From Paraspadella gotoi (taxonomy: Eukaryota; Animalia; Chaetognatha): a DNA stretch of 64,000 nucleotides. Positions 51,901 to 62,695 of the stretch are shown here, one piece after another (position 1 is the stretch's first letter; each line of letters starts with the position of its first letter). The stretch is from NCBI GenBank assembly GCA_051294375.1, contig CM119268.1, forward strand, positions 9,804,370 to 9,868,369, read 5' to 3'. The notes beneath the pieces were generated by a model. The model was not told where the DNA came from and made no database searches. It was given only the letters and a program-made list of their open reading frames with translations. Made by a program: the position numbers and the translations under genes.

Positions 51901-54900
51901 ACTCGAAGGTCTCGCGACAAACACTGCTCGCTCAAACCGGTCCGTCCTCGAAGCCGTCGAGAAGTTCGACGAGAAAGAAGAACTCAACATCCCAACGCAC
52001 AAGCTCTACGCCCACGATCCTCAAGGACTCCTCTATTGCAGGGTGCCAGTTCTGGTGTGGTACGGCCCGCGAGGCATTCCGTTACGTGGCCCAACCGCTG
52101 TGGAAGAAAGATAGTAAAACGAGTTGTGCCCCGTCGGCCTCGAACGCCTTTGTACGGCCTAAGATGTTCGGCATGTGCGTTCTCCGGTGCGCCTTTGTTT
52201 ACAGTGTGGATGCGCACGCTGCTGCGTCGCGACGATGAGGAGCAGGTCCTTCAGCGTAGCGCAGAACATTCGTCACGGTCGTCGTTCGTCGTCGTCGCCT
52301 TCGATGCCTGGCGAGTCTCGTCTCGAGCGTCGAGAGCGAACTTCGAACGCCTCAGCGGAGATACAAACTCGACGCGATGATCGAAGATTTTTCTTCAAAG
52401 CAACACAAATTATTACATACTACGAACAGCGGGAAAGGAAAGAGCATAACTGACGCTTGCCTGAAGTGTGCTTCTATCTAAATGTGCAAAACAGTTATGG
52501 TTAGTTTGGTTTTTATACGTTTATTTATCATCTATCTAAATAACTAAAGCAAACTATTAATTTGGTTTAACCTGTGATAATCGCGAGAGAGAGTGAGTAT
52601 TGTTTTAGTTCACCGTTTACCTGTTTGTTTTACTGTTGTTTATTGTAAATTAAAAAATTAGCTTGTAAATTATTCCTTTTAAATATATTCCTTTGATTTT
52701 TATTTCTCAAATTTTTTTTTAAAAAATCTTTTAACGAAGTCTAGTAGCTAGTATGGAAAGACTAGGAGTAATTCATTTTGAAATTACATAGAGTTTTATT
52801 ATTAAATATTCGTAAGCTATCAAGATAATGCTTTATTACCTAGATACAGAACGAGCTGTGAAATCTGAAAATAAATTGGGGAAAAAAATTAACCGAAAAT
52901 TAGGTGACTTTCTTCCAACTCTCAAATCAAAGACCCTGAATACTTTAGAATATTACGTTGACTCGAACTCTCCGGGCTTGAAAAGAAAGAGAAAGAAGAG
53001 AAAGAAAGAAGAAGAAGAAGAGAAAGAAAGAAAGAAAGAAAGAACGAGAAAGAAAAAGAAAGAGCCAACGAGCGTCGTGAATGCAATTGTCTTCGTCATC
53101 AGACCCATCCTTCGAGTCGTGACGCTTCATCTTTGTCATAATGTCATCTTGTCATGCATAATGTCATCTTGTCATAATGCAATTGTCCTTCGTCATCAGA
53201 CCCCATCCTTCGAGTCCGTGCCATCTTCTCGTATGGGCGTCCTCGAGGACCGCGGAGATTTTCTCTATGGTTCTTCTCGCTCATCGATCGCCACAAGATT
53301 CGCCAGGTCTGATCGAGTTGAAGACACGAGATCAACTGCCCTTGGGCAGAAGCCATTTATGCATTAACTAAGTCTCGAGACTAAAATTATCGTCCTCGTC
53401 TCAGGATCGAATCTGAGCGGCGGCTCATTCACCTGTATGTTGGAGCGAGGAGGTAAATTCAGCTGTGTAAGTGTTGCAGCATCTGAGCGACCATAGCAAC
53501 TGAGGGAACGAGGATCGTAATCCATCGTTTCCTTCGCCAAACGGATTCATCGCCGACGCTGTCAAGGGTCAGATTGACTTAATTTTTTTTCTTTTGTATT
53601 TTTAAGTAGGACTACATTGATTATTAATGTATCAACGGAAGGCTTCATGTTAAGAATAATGCTCTTTCGTTTTTTCGAACCGAGAATTGTTCCGATCGAA
53701 CTACAAAGAACGACATTGATTGAAATTTTGCCATGAACTAACTATAGGGCAATAGAAATGGGACTATCGAGGGGATTTTTTGTATTTGGGTCTATGACCG
53801 GAGATATGGGCGCCCTAAGGGGTCAGCCCAGGTGGGCAAAAAATGGAAAAAATCTTTTTTTGAAATTTTTGTTAATTTTTTTTATCCCGAACAGTTCAGA
53901 GAAACGTTTTTTATTTATTATTATTATTATTATTAGTTATTTATTTTATTTATTTATATTGTGAAAAACCAATTTTTGCTTTATTTCCAGGTTCATGAAC
54001 AGAGAATGATTCATGCCAGCTTTCGTTAGGGGAGGCAAAAATTAAGATTAATTGATGGACTAACATGTTAAAGAAGAAGAATGCAAATTTAATTTTTTGA
54101 AATTCGTTAAAAAAATTTTTTTCAACGAAGTTAATTAAAATTATGCGCCCACAAAATTTTGTCATTTTGTGCCCACTGAGGTGACCACTGCATGGCCCTG
54201 TATTGCATAGCTCAAGGGGTAAAATTTGAAAAATCGCCTCGATAGTCCCATTTGTTACGGCCCATTGGGACACTGTACGCAAATCGGTATCAAATTTGGT
54301 TCAGTGATTTGGGTCAGAACCGATTGCTCGGTTCGAAAACCGAAAGTTCCCTTTTTCTAATATGAAGCCTTCTGTAGTAATATATTGGTTTCTATAATCT
54401 TCAACAGGCAATGCTAAAATATTTAACTTACCGACTGTTTTCGACAACTTCAAGCGGTATTTTGGACATGAACAGGCGATTCTACCTCCGGCGGTTCATC
54501 GCCAGGAAGACTGCGCGAATTCCGTTTGTCCTCCGAACCGGATCAGGTGGCGTCTCCGCCGCGATTCTCGTCGTAGTCGTTGTTGTGACTTTCATGGTAG
54601 AAAAAAAAAAAAAAACTCTAGTTGTTTCTCGTAGTGGTAGCGTAGTTTTGTAATTGTGCAATAGTCGCGTTTATTTTTCAATGCATTTTAACTCGCGCTC
54701 TGCAACCGAACAGATGACATTCTTTTGCTTTCGTTAACGAAGAGCAACCGCGATCCCGATCCAGTGAGTAGTGAATAGTGTTCACTGCTCAGGAACTAAT
54801 TGATAGATAATTACAATTGCATGGAACTCCGGTGAAGATCATTGAATTAACGGAATAGAACCAGGGTTTGCTCTCACCTGCATGGGTCCCTTGGGGGTGT

Positions 54901-57900
54901 GATTATGTGAGCAAAATCATATTTCCAATAGCAGTTAATTCAGAATTGACATTATTAATTATTACGATCTAATCTGTAATAATGATATATTATAAAATAT
55001 GGTAAGTCTTTCCATAACGTCGATATAATTCATAAAAAAAGACATAATGTATTTTAACCGACTTGTTTAGCATGCTCATAAACAATATAGATTAAAGAAG
55101 CGGAAAAAAAACAATAAAATTTATGACAATCAAAAAAATTTTAGGCTGTTTTACGAAACTATCTCATATAACATGTCATTAGTGTAAGGACTTAGGAATA
55201 AAGAATAATTTAGGTCATAATTTTATTTTTCCAATCGTTTTTGCTAATATGTTTTCAAGGGCTTCATGAAACATGAACAACAGAACATATAATCTTGCCG
55301 CCGAAAGAAGCAGCGAACCTTCTCGCTTTAATCTCGGCATCTCTATTGATGATTATGATTATGTTAAAATATTAAAAATATTATAATTTCTATTTCGCAG
55401 ATGAAATCTCTGAATAAACTTCCGCGAAGAGGACGACCCACTGTGCCCCTGCAGCCCTGCTCTCCAAGAGCAAGCTCCTCGATTTCAGCAAGGTGAAACG
55501 TCTTTCACCAATGAGTTCTAGTGTGGAGCGCAACAAGATATTCCCAAGACACGATATTTAAACACGATATTCAAATCCAAATTTTAAACTTCCTTTTCTT
55601 GGGGCTAGGAGTTGCTTGTGGAATTGCGGCGTGGTGAAGGAAGAGGAAGAGGAGGTAGGCGGAGGAGTCCCCAAGTTCTATGAAGGAGACCTCCTTAGCA
55701 TCGTGGTCCGTCCGCCGTGCAGCCGGCGGAGCTGACCGACGCCCGTCGTCGAGGCTGGAGAAATAAGCGGCCCCAGAGGGTAGGAATTATATAATTAATG
55801 GATTTTCAATAATTCAATAGATCGATGAATAAATTAATTTATCAATTCTAACTATTAAAAAAAGTTTCGAATGAAGCAATCATCAAACCCCTCCCGCTTC
55901 CACCGCAGACGCCCTTCCCGAGAGTTGATCAACACGCACGGTCGTGAAGTGGGCGGAACCGATCACCAGATCCACGACCGCTCATCTCGTCCGCGAGATG
56001 GGTTTGTCCTTCTCTTCCGCCAGTACGAATCCGGCCGCGCTGGGCGAAGTCTCCGCCGCCATGGAAGAAGGCTACGTGATCGGGTCAGCTTCGCAGGCCG
56101 ACGTTAACGGAACTTCTCCAAGGCGTTGGGGCAGATCGGGCTGCTGCTGCTCGTGCAACATGTCCTGGGACGAGGAGATGCTCATGGGACGAAGACCTCA
56201 AGATGATTTTTTATTATTCTTTTAATTTTAGTCAAGAAATATCAACCTTTTATCACTGCAATATTACCGTAAGACTTTTCCGTCACAGCGGACTCCATGG
56301 ACAACAAGGTGTTCTACCAAACATCCGGACGCTCATGCGAGTCTTAGCATCACGAAACTGTCATGGCGGTCATGGTCAACAGCGTTATCCTAATCTTCAG
56401 TAACAGCAGGGGGCGAGCAGCGAGGCGACGACGCGGGGCAGCATTGGTAGGCAATACCTAACTGCCCGATTAAGCTCATTAATCGTAGTCAAATGATAAT
56501 TGAAAAGATAGTTGAACGCAATAGTCATATGTAGCAAAATGTTACATGAATTTCGGAGATTATTGGCTTTACGAGCGAGTGAAATTAATTAAAATGCCAA
56601 AAATGAACCGATTTTTCAATATAAAAAGGAAATTATGAAACGTTTTTCAATTATTAGCTGCAATATGGCAAATGAACATTAACAATTTCATTGAGGTAGT
56701 AAACCTATGTTGCCTAAATTGTGCGCCAGGACGTGGCCAGTCTGATTCGACCGAGATGGTGACGGCTTGCTGTCGATTCCTCTGGCTATTTCTGTCGGAC
56801 GTCGAGGGCCAATCAACGTGCCATGTTCGAGCATCTCTCGTATCTGCTTGATACAGCGCCATGTTGCTGTCCAAACCGTCGCTAAGGGGATCCGGTTAGT
56901 TAAGCGGACGATTTACCACGAGGCGATTTTAATTCCTGCGACTCTTTTAAACCCAGCCCCTTGGACGTCGCGTACTCTTCCCTGAATGGAGAACAACATG
57001 CTGCGTTGGCTCTGAGGGAGGGTGCACTTGGAGAAGGTACCAATCTACCTCTCCAAATGCGGAACTCACTCCAACCAGGTGAAACCGAATCCGGTCACTC
57101 TTACGCATTTTAAATTCGTTTTTTAATTTCGTTAATTTTAGCCTGTCTACTTTGTAAAAAAGTTTTTCTTCAATGTTTCTTCATTTGTGGTTCCAGGACG
57201 CTAATCTCCAAGGGTTACCCCGACATCGCTGGGATCCCGTCGACGGAGAACGATACTTGGATTTTCTGAGGTTCTGCGTCTGGGTCAAACGGTGAGAATG
57301 CCATCTGATATCGCTGTAATCGAAAATCTTTCTGGAGTGTATATTGAAACCGCGTCGGCGATTACTATTATTTATCTGAAATATTAAATATAAATATGAA
57401 TTTAAAAAAAACATATGTGGCTACAATTCGCCCGCCAGACTGGACCTGATGCTCTCAATATGATTTGCATATTTAGTAATTCATGTGATTTGGGAAAATA
57501 TTTTACAGAACTGTTAATGCTGAAGAAAGGCTTGTACCTAGCCGAAACATGTCCATTATAACAAAAATAAATCGTTGTTGATACTAATTTCAACTCTTCC
57601 TAATTATCTCTACACAACGAAAAGAGAGGATTTACATCACAATGGAAAATATATAATAATTGCCTCTTCTTTGGCGATGTAAAATAACCTTTGCGATCGT
57701 TAATTGGTTAGAAGCACAGGGTACGTAAAAATGTTTACTCAATCTCATCCTCTTTAGCTCCCTTCTCAGGCGAATCGATCGAGGAAAACGCGAATCTGGT
57801 CATCCGCCTTCTCATCCGTCGGCCCGAATGCTCCGGCCGCGGCGTTTGGCGGGCGAGGCGGGGGCCTGTTGAAGGCTATGAAGGGCGGGATCAAGATCAG

Positions 57901-58852
57901 CCAGAGCATTCGCGTCGCCAAAGACCCGAGTCAGGCGCAAGCTCTTCGAAGCGCTCAACGAGGGGCACGCCTCTCGCGACGTCGTCATCCCGTGGAGTGG
58001 AGTGTCGGGCTTGACGCCGAAGCGAGGAATTTGGAAATTAAAAAGGCTGCGGTATCCAGTATGTATTTAAATCTGCGTTTTTCCATTTTTACCAATAGGA
58101 GAATATAACTACAGGCGCTTTGCGAAGAAAGACGATGATTACATTGATTATGGTGAGTAAAAAATTGATGGAGTTCAATAGATTAATTATTAGAAATAAT
58201 GTAAGTTCACTTTTTTATTGTATCAGTTAATTTTAAAAAAATTGGTGCTCCCCCCCCCCCTTATCTGACTATTAGTAATTATATCGAGAATAACGGCGGC
58301 TAGGCAAAATGGTTTCGTAATTTTATACAAGTTGAAAATCAAAGTTCTCTCTTGGTACGACGGCGACCCGTGCTGACTTTCTACTCGGTCCTGGTCGACT
58401 CCTGGGTCGATGGCGCCCTTCCGAGGAGGCCATGCAAACGATGGGGAAGAGCGACTCTCTCCGCGCGCGCGCATCTTAAGATCGCTCGTCTCCAACCGTC
58501 GATCTCGAGGGGGCATTGTCGCTTAGGTTCATCCTGCCCTCTGTCGCAAATGAGGTGTGGTTTTTTGTTTGTCGTAACACTTGCGCGTTAAACTTTTATT
58601 TCATTTGTTTTTAACGCTTTATTTATTTTTGTTTACGTATCAACATCGTATTTATTCTGCTTTCCGTATTTATTTATTCATTACATTCTACTAGAAATGG
58701 TCCAGACATGGCCGCCCGTCTACTTCCGACGCACAAGGCTGCTCTGGTGTTGTTTTATGGATCGCGTGTAGGGGTGCCGATCAGAGACTTTCATGAGAAT
58801 TGCTGAGAACGCTTCCTGCCGAACATGAGAAACGGCCACTCACGCCTGGCTC
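3632..58852 (+). CDS. RYR: Ryanodine receptor, multi-exon, partial (roughly the N-terminal half; start and channel domain lie outside the window)
   Basis: Collinear GT-AG exons translate to RyR hallmarks: [62 protein letters not shown]1 ([25 protein letters not shown]), RyR repeats ([19 protein letters not shown]), [62 protein letters not shown] domains and RyR repeats distinguish it from an IP3 receptor. Confidence 0.96.
3830..5600 (+). repeat. Long polypurine (AAAG/AAG) low-complexity tract in an RyR intron
   Basis: Almost exclusively A/G; similar tracts at 7086-7440 and 47965-48150. Confidence 0.95.
5647..6175 (+). CDS. RYR: Two RyR exons (5647-5804 and ~6034-6175) with indel noise
   Basis: EGHMDD exon followed by FIKVLDGFS...YF.SPAE; single-base indels relative to the clean copy at 238-389. 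Confidence 0.8.
6649..8265 (+). CDS. RYR: RyR RIH-domain exons: 6649-6769, 6978-7057, 7524-7658, 7933-8018, 8100-8265
   Basis: Phase-compatible GT-AG exons: [23 protein letters not shown]; [12 protein letters not shown]; [22 protein letters not shown]; [28 protein letters not shown]; [24 protein letters not shown]. Confidence 0.95.
8439..9231 (+). CDS. RYR: RyR SPRY1 exons: 8439-8573, 8645-8805, 9134-9231
   Basis: [26 protein letters not shown]; [27 protein letters not shown]; [18 protein letters not shown]; last exon ends in phase 2 (GG|gtaag). Confidence 0.95.
10098..10295 (-). CDS. Candidate small secreted Cys-rich peptide, 40 aa (exons 10295-10258 and 10182-10098)
   Basis: A 75-nt intron (gtaagta...ttttccag) joins [13 protein letters not shown] to [27 protein letters not shown]; signal-peptide-like N-terminus. 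Confidence 0.5.
10747..10789. repeat. Tandem heptamer (AGTGAGC)n upstream of the PhyH-family gene
   Basis: gagtgagcagtgagcagtgagcagtgagcagtgagcagtgagca. Confidence 0.9.
10928..12634 (+). CDS. Phytanoyl-CoA dioxygenase (PhyH) family Fe(II)/2-oxoglutarate oxygenase; exons 10928-11144, 11274-11401, 11690-11798, 11865-12020, 12136-12246, 12384-12634
   Basis: All phases are compatible. Motifs: [11 protein letters not shown], HxD (AHVDNVY), TMWTPFG, EASH, FEPGDAIVF..TVH, RVSCDTR. AATAAA at 12732. Confidence 0.9.
12767..14430 (-). CDS. ACER: Alkaline ceramidase paralog A; exons ~14430-14399 (tentative), 14340-14170, 13908-13735, 13436-13260, 13049-12767
   Basis: [35 protein letters not shown] (CREST-family Zn ligands); phases are consistent, first exon uncertain. 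Confidence 0.92.
14769..15779. mobile_element. Non-autonomous Tc1/mariner-like MITE, largely palindromic
   Basis: TA|CAAGGTGACACACGACAACCCGCCGCTA... matches ...TAGCGGCGGGTTGTCGTGTGTCACCTTG|TA; inner arms (~14860-15100 vs ~15420-15650) are also inverted repeats. Confidence 0.9.
18059..20429 (-). CDS. ACER: Alkaline ceramidase paralog B; exons 20429-20386, 20100-19906, 19842-19669, 18935-18753, 18389-18059
   Basis: [37 protein letters not shown]; same intron positions as paralog A; GC donor after exon 4. Confidence 0.92.
18476..18727 (+). mobile_element. DINE/HINE-like short interspersed element
   Basis: Starts AACAAGGAACGG, has an internal GACAGACCGACGGACA microsatellite and ends CTTATAGAGTTGC..GCGCAACTAAAAA; diverged copy at 3311-3570. 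Confidence 0.6.
19134..19390 (-). repeat. ~250-nt GC-rich, highly structured interspersed repeat (SINE-like or retroelement-UTR-like)
   Basis: Diverged copies at 49610-49871 and 50079-50311 (plus an artefactual copy at ~28021-28285); at least six hairpins. Confidence 0.8.
23453..24580 (-). CDS. Unidentified low-complexity protein (Thr/Lys-rich then acidic), several exons
   Basis: GC-rich open frame ..[38 protein letters not shown]|gtgag, then [10 protein letters not shown].., an exon visible only in the duplicate copy ([12 protein letters not shown]) and a terminal exon near 23570-23453. Confidence 0.45.
24997..25207 (+). CDS. RYR: RyR exon closing SPRY1
   Basis: ttccag|T TGT CGC: [32 protein letters not shown]; phase fits the donor after 9231. 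Confidence 0.93.
25326..34925. other. Indel-rich tandem copy of ~16580-25325 (includes ACER B, the unidentified gene and RyR exon 24997-25207); probable assembly artefact
   Basis: Collinear throughout; differences are mostly single-base insertions spread evenly over exons and introns; ends just before a 25-N gap. Confidence 0.85.
35193..36250 (+). CDS. RYR: RyR repeat 1-2 exons: 35193-35401, (gap)35677-35783, 36077-36250
   Basis: [30 protein letters not shown]; [10 protein letters not shown]; [28 protein letters not shown]. Confidence 0.92.
36416..39651 (+). CDS. RYR: RyR SPRY2 exons in noisy sequence (~36416-36600, ~36819-36951, ~37164-37245, ~38914-39023, ~39212-39413, ~39534-39651)
   Basis: Fragments LRAETSYA..WYF, GWA, GEPFGK..GDV, FTLNGE, KLNFG, QEGYEPF.VNM, LRLSLPV; frameshifted, boundaries approximate. 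Confidence 0.8.
37304..38662. mobile_element. Non-autonomous hAT-like DNA transposon
   Basis: TIRs TAGG(G)TTCCG.TAACC / GGTTAACGGAACCCTA; flanking direct repeat GTTACGCAT at 37295-37303 and 38663-38671; many subterminal TTAACGGTT motifs. Confidence 0.8.
37958..38010 (-). ncRNA. Minimal type I hammerhead ribozyme motif
   Basis: Minus strand AACGCG-CTGATGA-GGACT..AGTTC-GAAA-CATG-TC-CGTTTT followed by AATAAA; stem I is weak. Confidence 0.62.
42625..42780. repeat. Minisatellite with a ~30-bp unit, about 5 copies
   Basis: Recurring GCTTTTTTTGCGC.CACGGCTGTCTACCGTCTA. Confidence 0.85.
43931..47458 (+). CDS. RYR: RyR SPRY3/junctional-region exons in noisy sequence
   Basis: Fragments [67 protein letters not shown]|gtaag. 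Confidence 0.78.
47800..47905 (+). repeat. Degenerate hammerhead-bearing repeat, same family as 57511-57605
   Basis: CTGTTAACG-CTGATGA-A-GGCTT..AAGCC-GAAt..; shares the downstream AAAATAAATCGTTGTTGA..CTAATTA. Confidence 0.6.
48650..50931 (+). CDS. Unidentified nested gene, two GC-rich blocks (~48650-49447 and ~50430-50931)
   Basis: Coding-like composition and a donor aag|gttaag at ~49447; heavily frameshifted; no family recognised and strand is tentative. Confidence 0.35.
49610..50311 (-). repeat. Two direct copies of the structured repeat separated by a ~210-nt spacer
   Basis: ATGGCAACAGCCGGGTTGCCTGT begins both copies; CCTCAGTGACG, GTCGTTAG and CCTCTGAGC are shared. Confidence 0.8.
51024..52453 (+). 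CDS. Intronless multi-pass membrane protein of unknown function (frameshifted in this assembly)
   Basis: About 1.4 kb coding-like stretch with several hydrophobic segments ([34 protein letters not shown]) and a soluble segment ([30 protein letters not shown]). Confidence 0.5.
53200..58852 (+). CDS. RYR: RyR junctional/helical-domain exons in noisy sequence
   Basis: [75 protein letters not shown] (57197-57291), [34 protein letters not shown]. Confidence 0.85.
53636..54374. mobile_element. MITE with long imperfect TIRs
   Basis: GAAGGCTTCAT.TTA..CTTTCG..TTCGAACCGAG at the left end mirrors the right end; inner pair AAATGGGACTATCGAGG / CCTCGATAGTCCCATTT; right end followed by TA. Confidence 0.75.
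57515..57558 (+). ncRNA. Minimal type I hammerhead ribozyme motif (Penelope-like element type)
   Basis: TAATG-CTGAAGA-aa-GGCT tgtacct AGCC-GAAA-CATG-TC-CATTA: 5-bp stem I, 4-bp stem II, palindromic stem III; AATAAA follows. Confidence 0.75.
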
Positions 58853-59336
58853 GTGAGGAGTGAGAAACTATTTAATCTGCGGATGTGAAATCACGTTTGT
58901 CAATTTTTGAAAAAAAGTTTTTCCTTTGTAATCTTTTGCTCTCTGCACGAAGGTTTGAAAATTTTAATAATTAAAGGAAAACAAATGAACCGAAAATTTC
59001 CCACTTTGTTAATGCAGGAAATGTAAATTTAGATCTCTCATCTCTTCTTTCTTCCTCTCCTCTCTCCAATCTCTCTCCTTTCTCTTCTCCTCTCTCTCTC
59101 TCTCTTCTCATCGTTCGGATGATTAAAGCGGAAACGACTCCTTGCTCATCTTTTTCGGCTCTTCCTTTTTTTATATAATTTTTTTTATTTTTATGGTCGA
59201 CATGAATCCTTCCCATTTGTTCCGGAAGCAATGGAAATTCCTCTACTGGTCGATAGAAATGGGGGAGAGGATGGATTTCGGGGAGGTAAGTTTTTTCGGG
59301 GTGTGAGGCTAAGGGCGTTTGGAGAGAGATAAAAAA

Positions 59337-59395
<59 letters not shown>

Positions 59396-62300
59396 AGAGA
59401 GAGAGAGAGGAAGGGGGTAGTTAATTTTGAGGTCGGAAAATATTAGGCGGACCAGCGTCTCAAAAAAAAAAAGTCGTGATGATTGAATGCCGGCCCTCTC
59501 CCCGCAGATTTTTTTGTTTCGTTGACGCGTGGTTTGATTTGCGATGAAGCCACACGTCCCTTTCGCTCATTAAGCGCGTTAGTAATATTCTGAGAATTTG
59601 TCATTTTAAAACCATCCCAGTATTCTTAATTAGTATTTTATGATCGATAACATTACGAAGCGCTGAATCGCAAGAATACCCCGATTTAAATTGAGATTTC
59701 CGAAATTAATTCGCCGATCGTCCATACGTGGGAATTCTTTATAAATCGCAAAAAAAAAAGACAATGTAACTCTCTGATACATTTCTCTTTTAGTTCGTTT
59801 TAGCATTTTTACTCGTCCTTTTCCGAAAAAAAATGCTTGCATCATCGTTAAATTATATAACAAATGTGCATTCTCCAAATAGCGCGGCCATCTTGTTGAC
59901 CAATAGAAAAAAGAAGAGGCAACGATCGATTGGTCGATTTGTATTCGCTTAATGTATTTAATTACGAATGACTTTATCTCTCTCGTCTCTCTCTCTCTCT
60001 TCTCCTCTCTCATCTCTCCTCTCTCATCTCTCATTCTCTCTCCTTCTCTCTCTCTCTCTCAATCTCTCATCTCATCTCTCTCTCTCTCTCTTTTTTTGCT
60101 CTGCTCTGCTCTCTCTCATCTCAATCTCTCTCTGTACTCTCTCTTCCTCTTCTATCTCTCTCTCTCTCTCTCGGCGACTCTCATCTCTTCTTCTCTCCCT
60201 CTCTATCTCAAACGCATCTCCTTAATTCAATTTAAAACGAACCATTATTTAAATTTTTTTTATCTCAGAATAGGCATCAGTCAATTTACAATATCTTTGT
60301 TTAAGGATTTTAATTAAATCTCTACATTTTTATTGTTATCCGCCTTTTAGAGCATCTTTTCAGTGACGACGCGCTTCTTAGAAGCTTTCAATTCTTTTTC
60401 ATTTCTATTTTAGAATTTGAATGAAAATAACAATCTGTTTCACTCAACGTGGATCTTTTTGCGCATTTTTTTTTATAATTTTACACGTCGCCCCGCGTAG
60501 TAGCGAACGACGTCAATGTTAAGCAAGATAAGATTTGCTTTTTGTGAGGCATGTGTTATTATTGTAAAGAATTGTAAAACGCCCTGAGTAAAAAACGGTA
60601 CATTTTTTTGACCTGGCATCGTTTTATTTTTTAGATATTTTGTGTCAAGACAGCAATAGACATTAGACAAATTAAGTATGAAAAAAAAAAAGATAAAACT
60701 TTCGTATTTTTTTGAGAAATTGAGATGGAGTGAGTTGTTAGCTTACGCTTTAGAACTAGGCAATATAAAGTTCAGGCGAACAAAACTAATAATCTCAAAA
60801 TGATAATATAATAATATTACAATGTGAGATAGTAAAGAAAAGAAACAAGTGTTAGTAATTTTTTAAAGGAAGAGTAACAAATGAAGACATTATTGTCAAG
60901 TCAGCACATTATTGACAGGGATAAGCGCAGGTACTTCTGGGAGTTGAATACCAAGACTGTGAGAGGTCTTGATTGAAAGGCTTGCAGGGACCCTGGCTAT
61001 ACCGTACGGTATTATCTATTGTATAGAGTGATGAGGCATTAAACCATCCAGCCCAAGCCTGTCCAAAGTCAGGAGGCAAGATAGCCTTTTTATTGAATGT
61101 GGAATATTAGATAATTTTTATTAATTTTGTTTGACCAAATTTTCATAAAAATATACTGAAACCGTTGGAAACTAACTAGGTGATAAATTGGCAGGAAGGA
61201 AGAAAAAAGATACGTAATAAGATGACATACAATGACCAAAACTCAAATCAAGACGACGTCGGCCGACGTTGTCCATATCGACGGCGTCAGCGAACAACGC
61301 AGCGGAATAGGCAAGCGACGGAACAGGCGATGGAAGCAGGCGATGGACGACGATCCGTCATCCAGGATCCAGGACGTCAACGCCGTCTCATCGAAGAGGC
61401 GGCGAAACAAAAAGACTCGTGACTCCACTTTCCACTGGTGGGTTGGAACCGACCGCGTTGCCCGAGGCGATAGGGAGGTGGCGTGGCCATTTCAAATCAT
61501 GATGGCAAGGAGTGAGAGGAGATGGCGTCGGCTGAGGGCGGAACGCAAAATGGCGGACGTGATAAGAGCGCGGAAGCGGAATAGGGCGTTAGTACGGACT
61601 TGAACTCCGGTTTATTATGGCGAAAGTTTGATTCGGTTATCGAGTTAAGTTTGAATTGAGATAAAAGAAGAGGGCGAGAAACACTGAGGAAGATTCAGGG
61701 TGTATAAGAATAGTAATGTCTCTCTCTCTCTCTCTCTCTAACTATCTCTCTTCTCCTCATCAAAACCTCGCCATGCCTATTTGTCCGCACTAGAAATTAG
61801 ATATTGATCAGTTGTTCAGGTAGCCATGAAAACTCAAAAAAAACTATTAATACTTACAATCATAACCAGATAAGGTAGGCTTTTGGGCTTTTAAACATCA
61901 GTCAGCCAGCCCTCTGCACTTTTGTTTTTTCAAATTCAAGATTCCAAATTCTCCTCTCTATCTCCTCTAGTATAATATATGTACGCGTGCAGAGATGCAC
62001 GGAATTTCGTTCGGTGGGCAGATGCCGTCGATTCTTCACCATCAAAGTCGCTCCTCCTCTTCCTATCAATCACTCATTTCCTCGCTACCTTCTCAGGCCT
62101 CCCTCATTTACTCCAAAGCAAGGTCCAGGTTCTCTTCCAGTTCTTTAGTTTGCTTTGCAAAGAAAATGACGATCAATCATTAGGGGTGTCGTTATTTATA
62201 ATTAATTATTATTCTATATATTATTAATATATATATATTATATTTCACACATTATTCACGTCGACAAGATAATTGACACATAGCAGTCTCCCTGCAAGGA

Positions 62301-62695
62301 TTCAATAAAAGACATTCTCTAACAGCTATTTATTCACTCCCAGAAGACCACGGTCTGCTTCCCAGCTAGTCATGAAGTGGTATGATATTTATAGATATTT
62401 TTTATTACTATAGTTACATTGTATACTCCCGTAAGTCACAACGTAATAGACTGGTAATTCTGTGAGCAAATCCGAAAATAGAGAGATTTATTAAGTATGA
62501 TTTAGTGTTTGCATTGATTGTTTAAGCAGAAAAAAATTTGAAAATTGTTCTATTTTGGTAAAAAAAGCGGAGAGCTCGTTCACGAAAAACTGTAATTTGA
62601 AGGATCTGTTTGTCTAACGGCATCCTTGCTAAGCGGGTCTTTGTAATCGCGAACAGGCCCATGCTTGTAANNNNNNNNNNNNNNNNNNNNNNNNN

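Noticed and set aside
36200-58852. RyR pseudogenisation or programmed frameshifting
   Set aside because: Indels affect introns and exons alike, and the cleaner duplicate at 62696-62791 restores the frame
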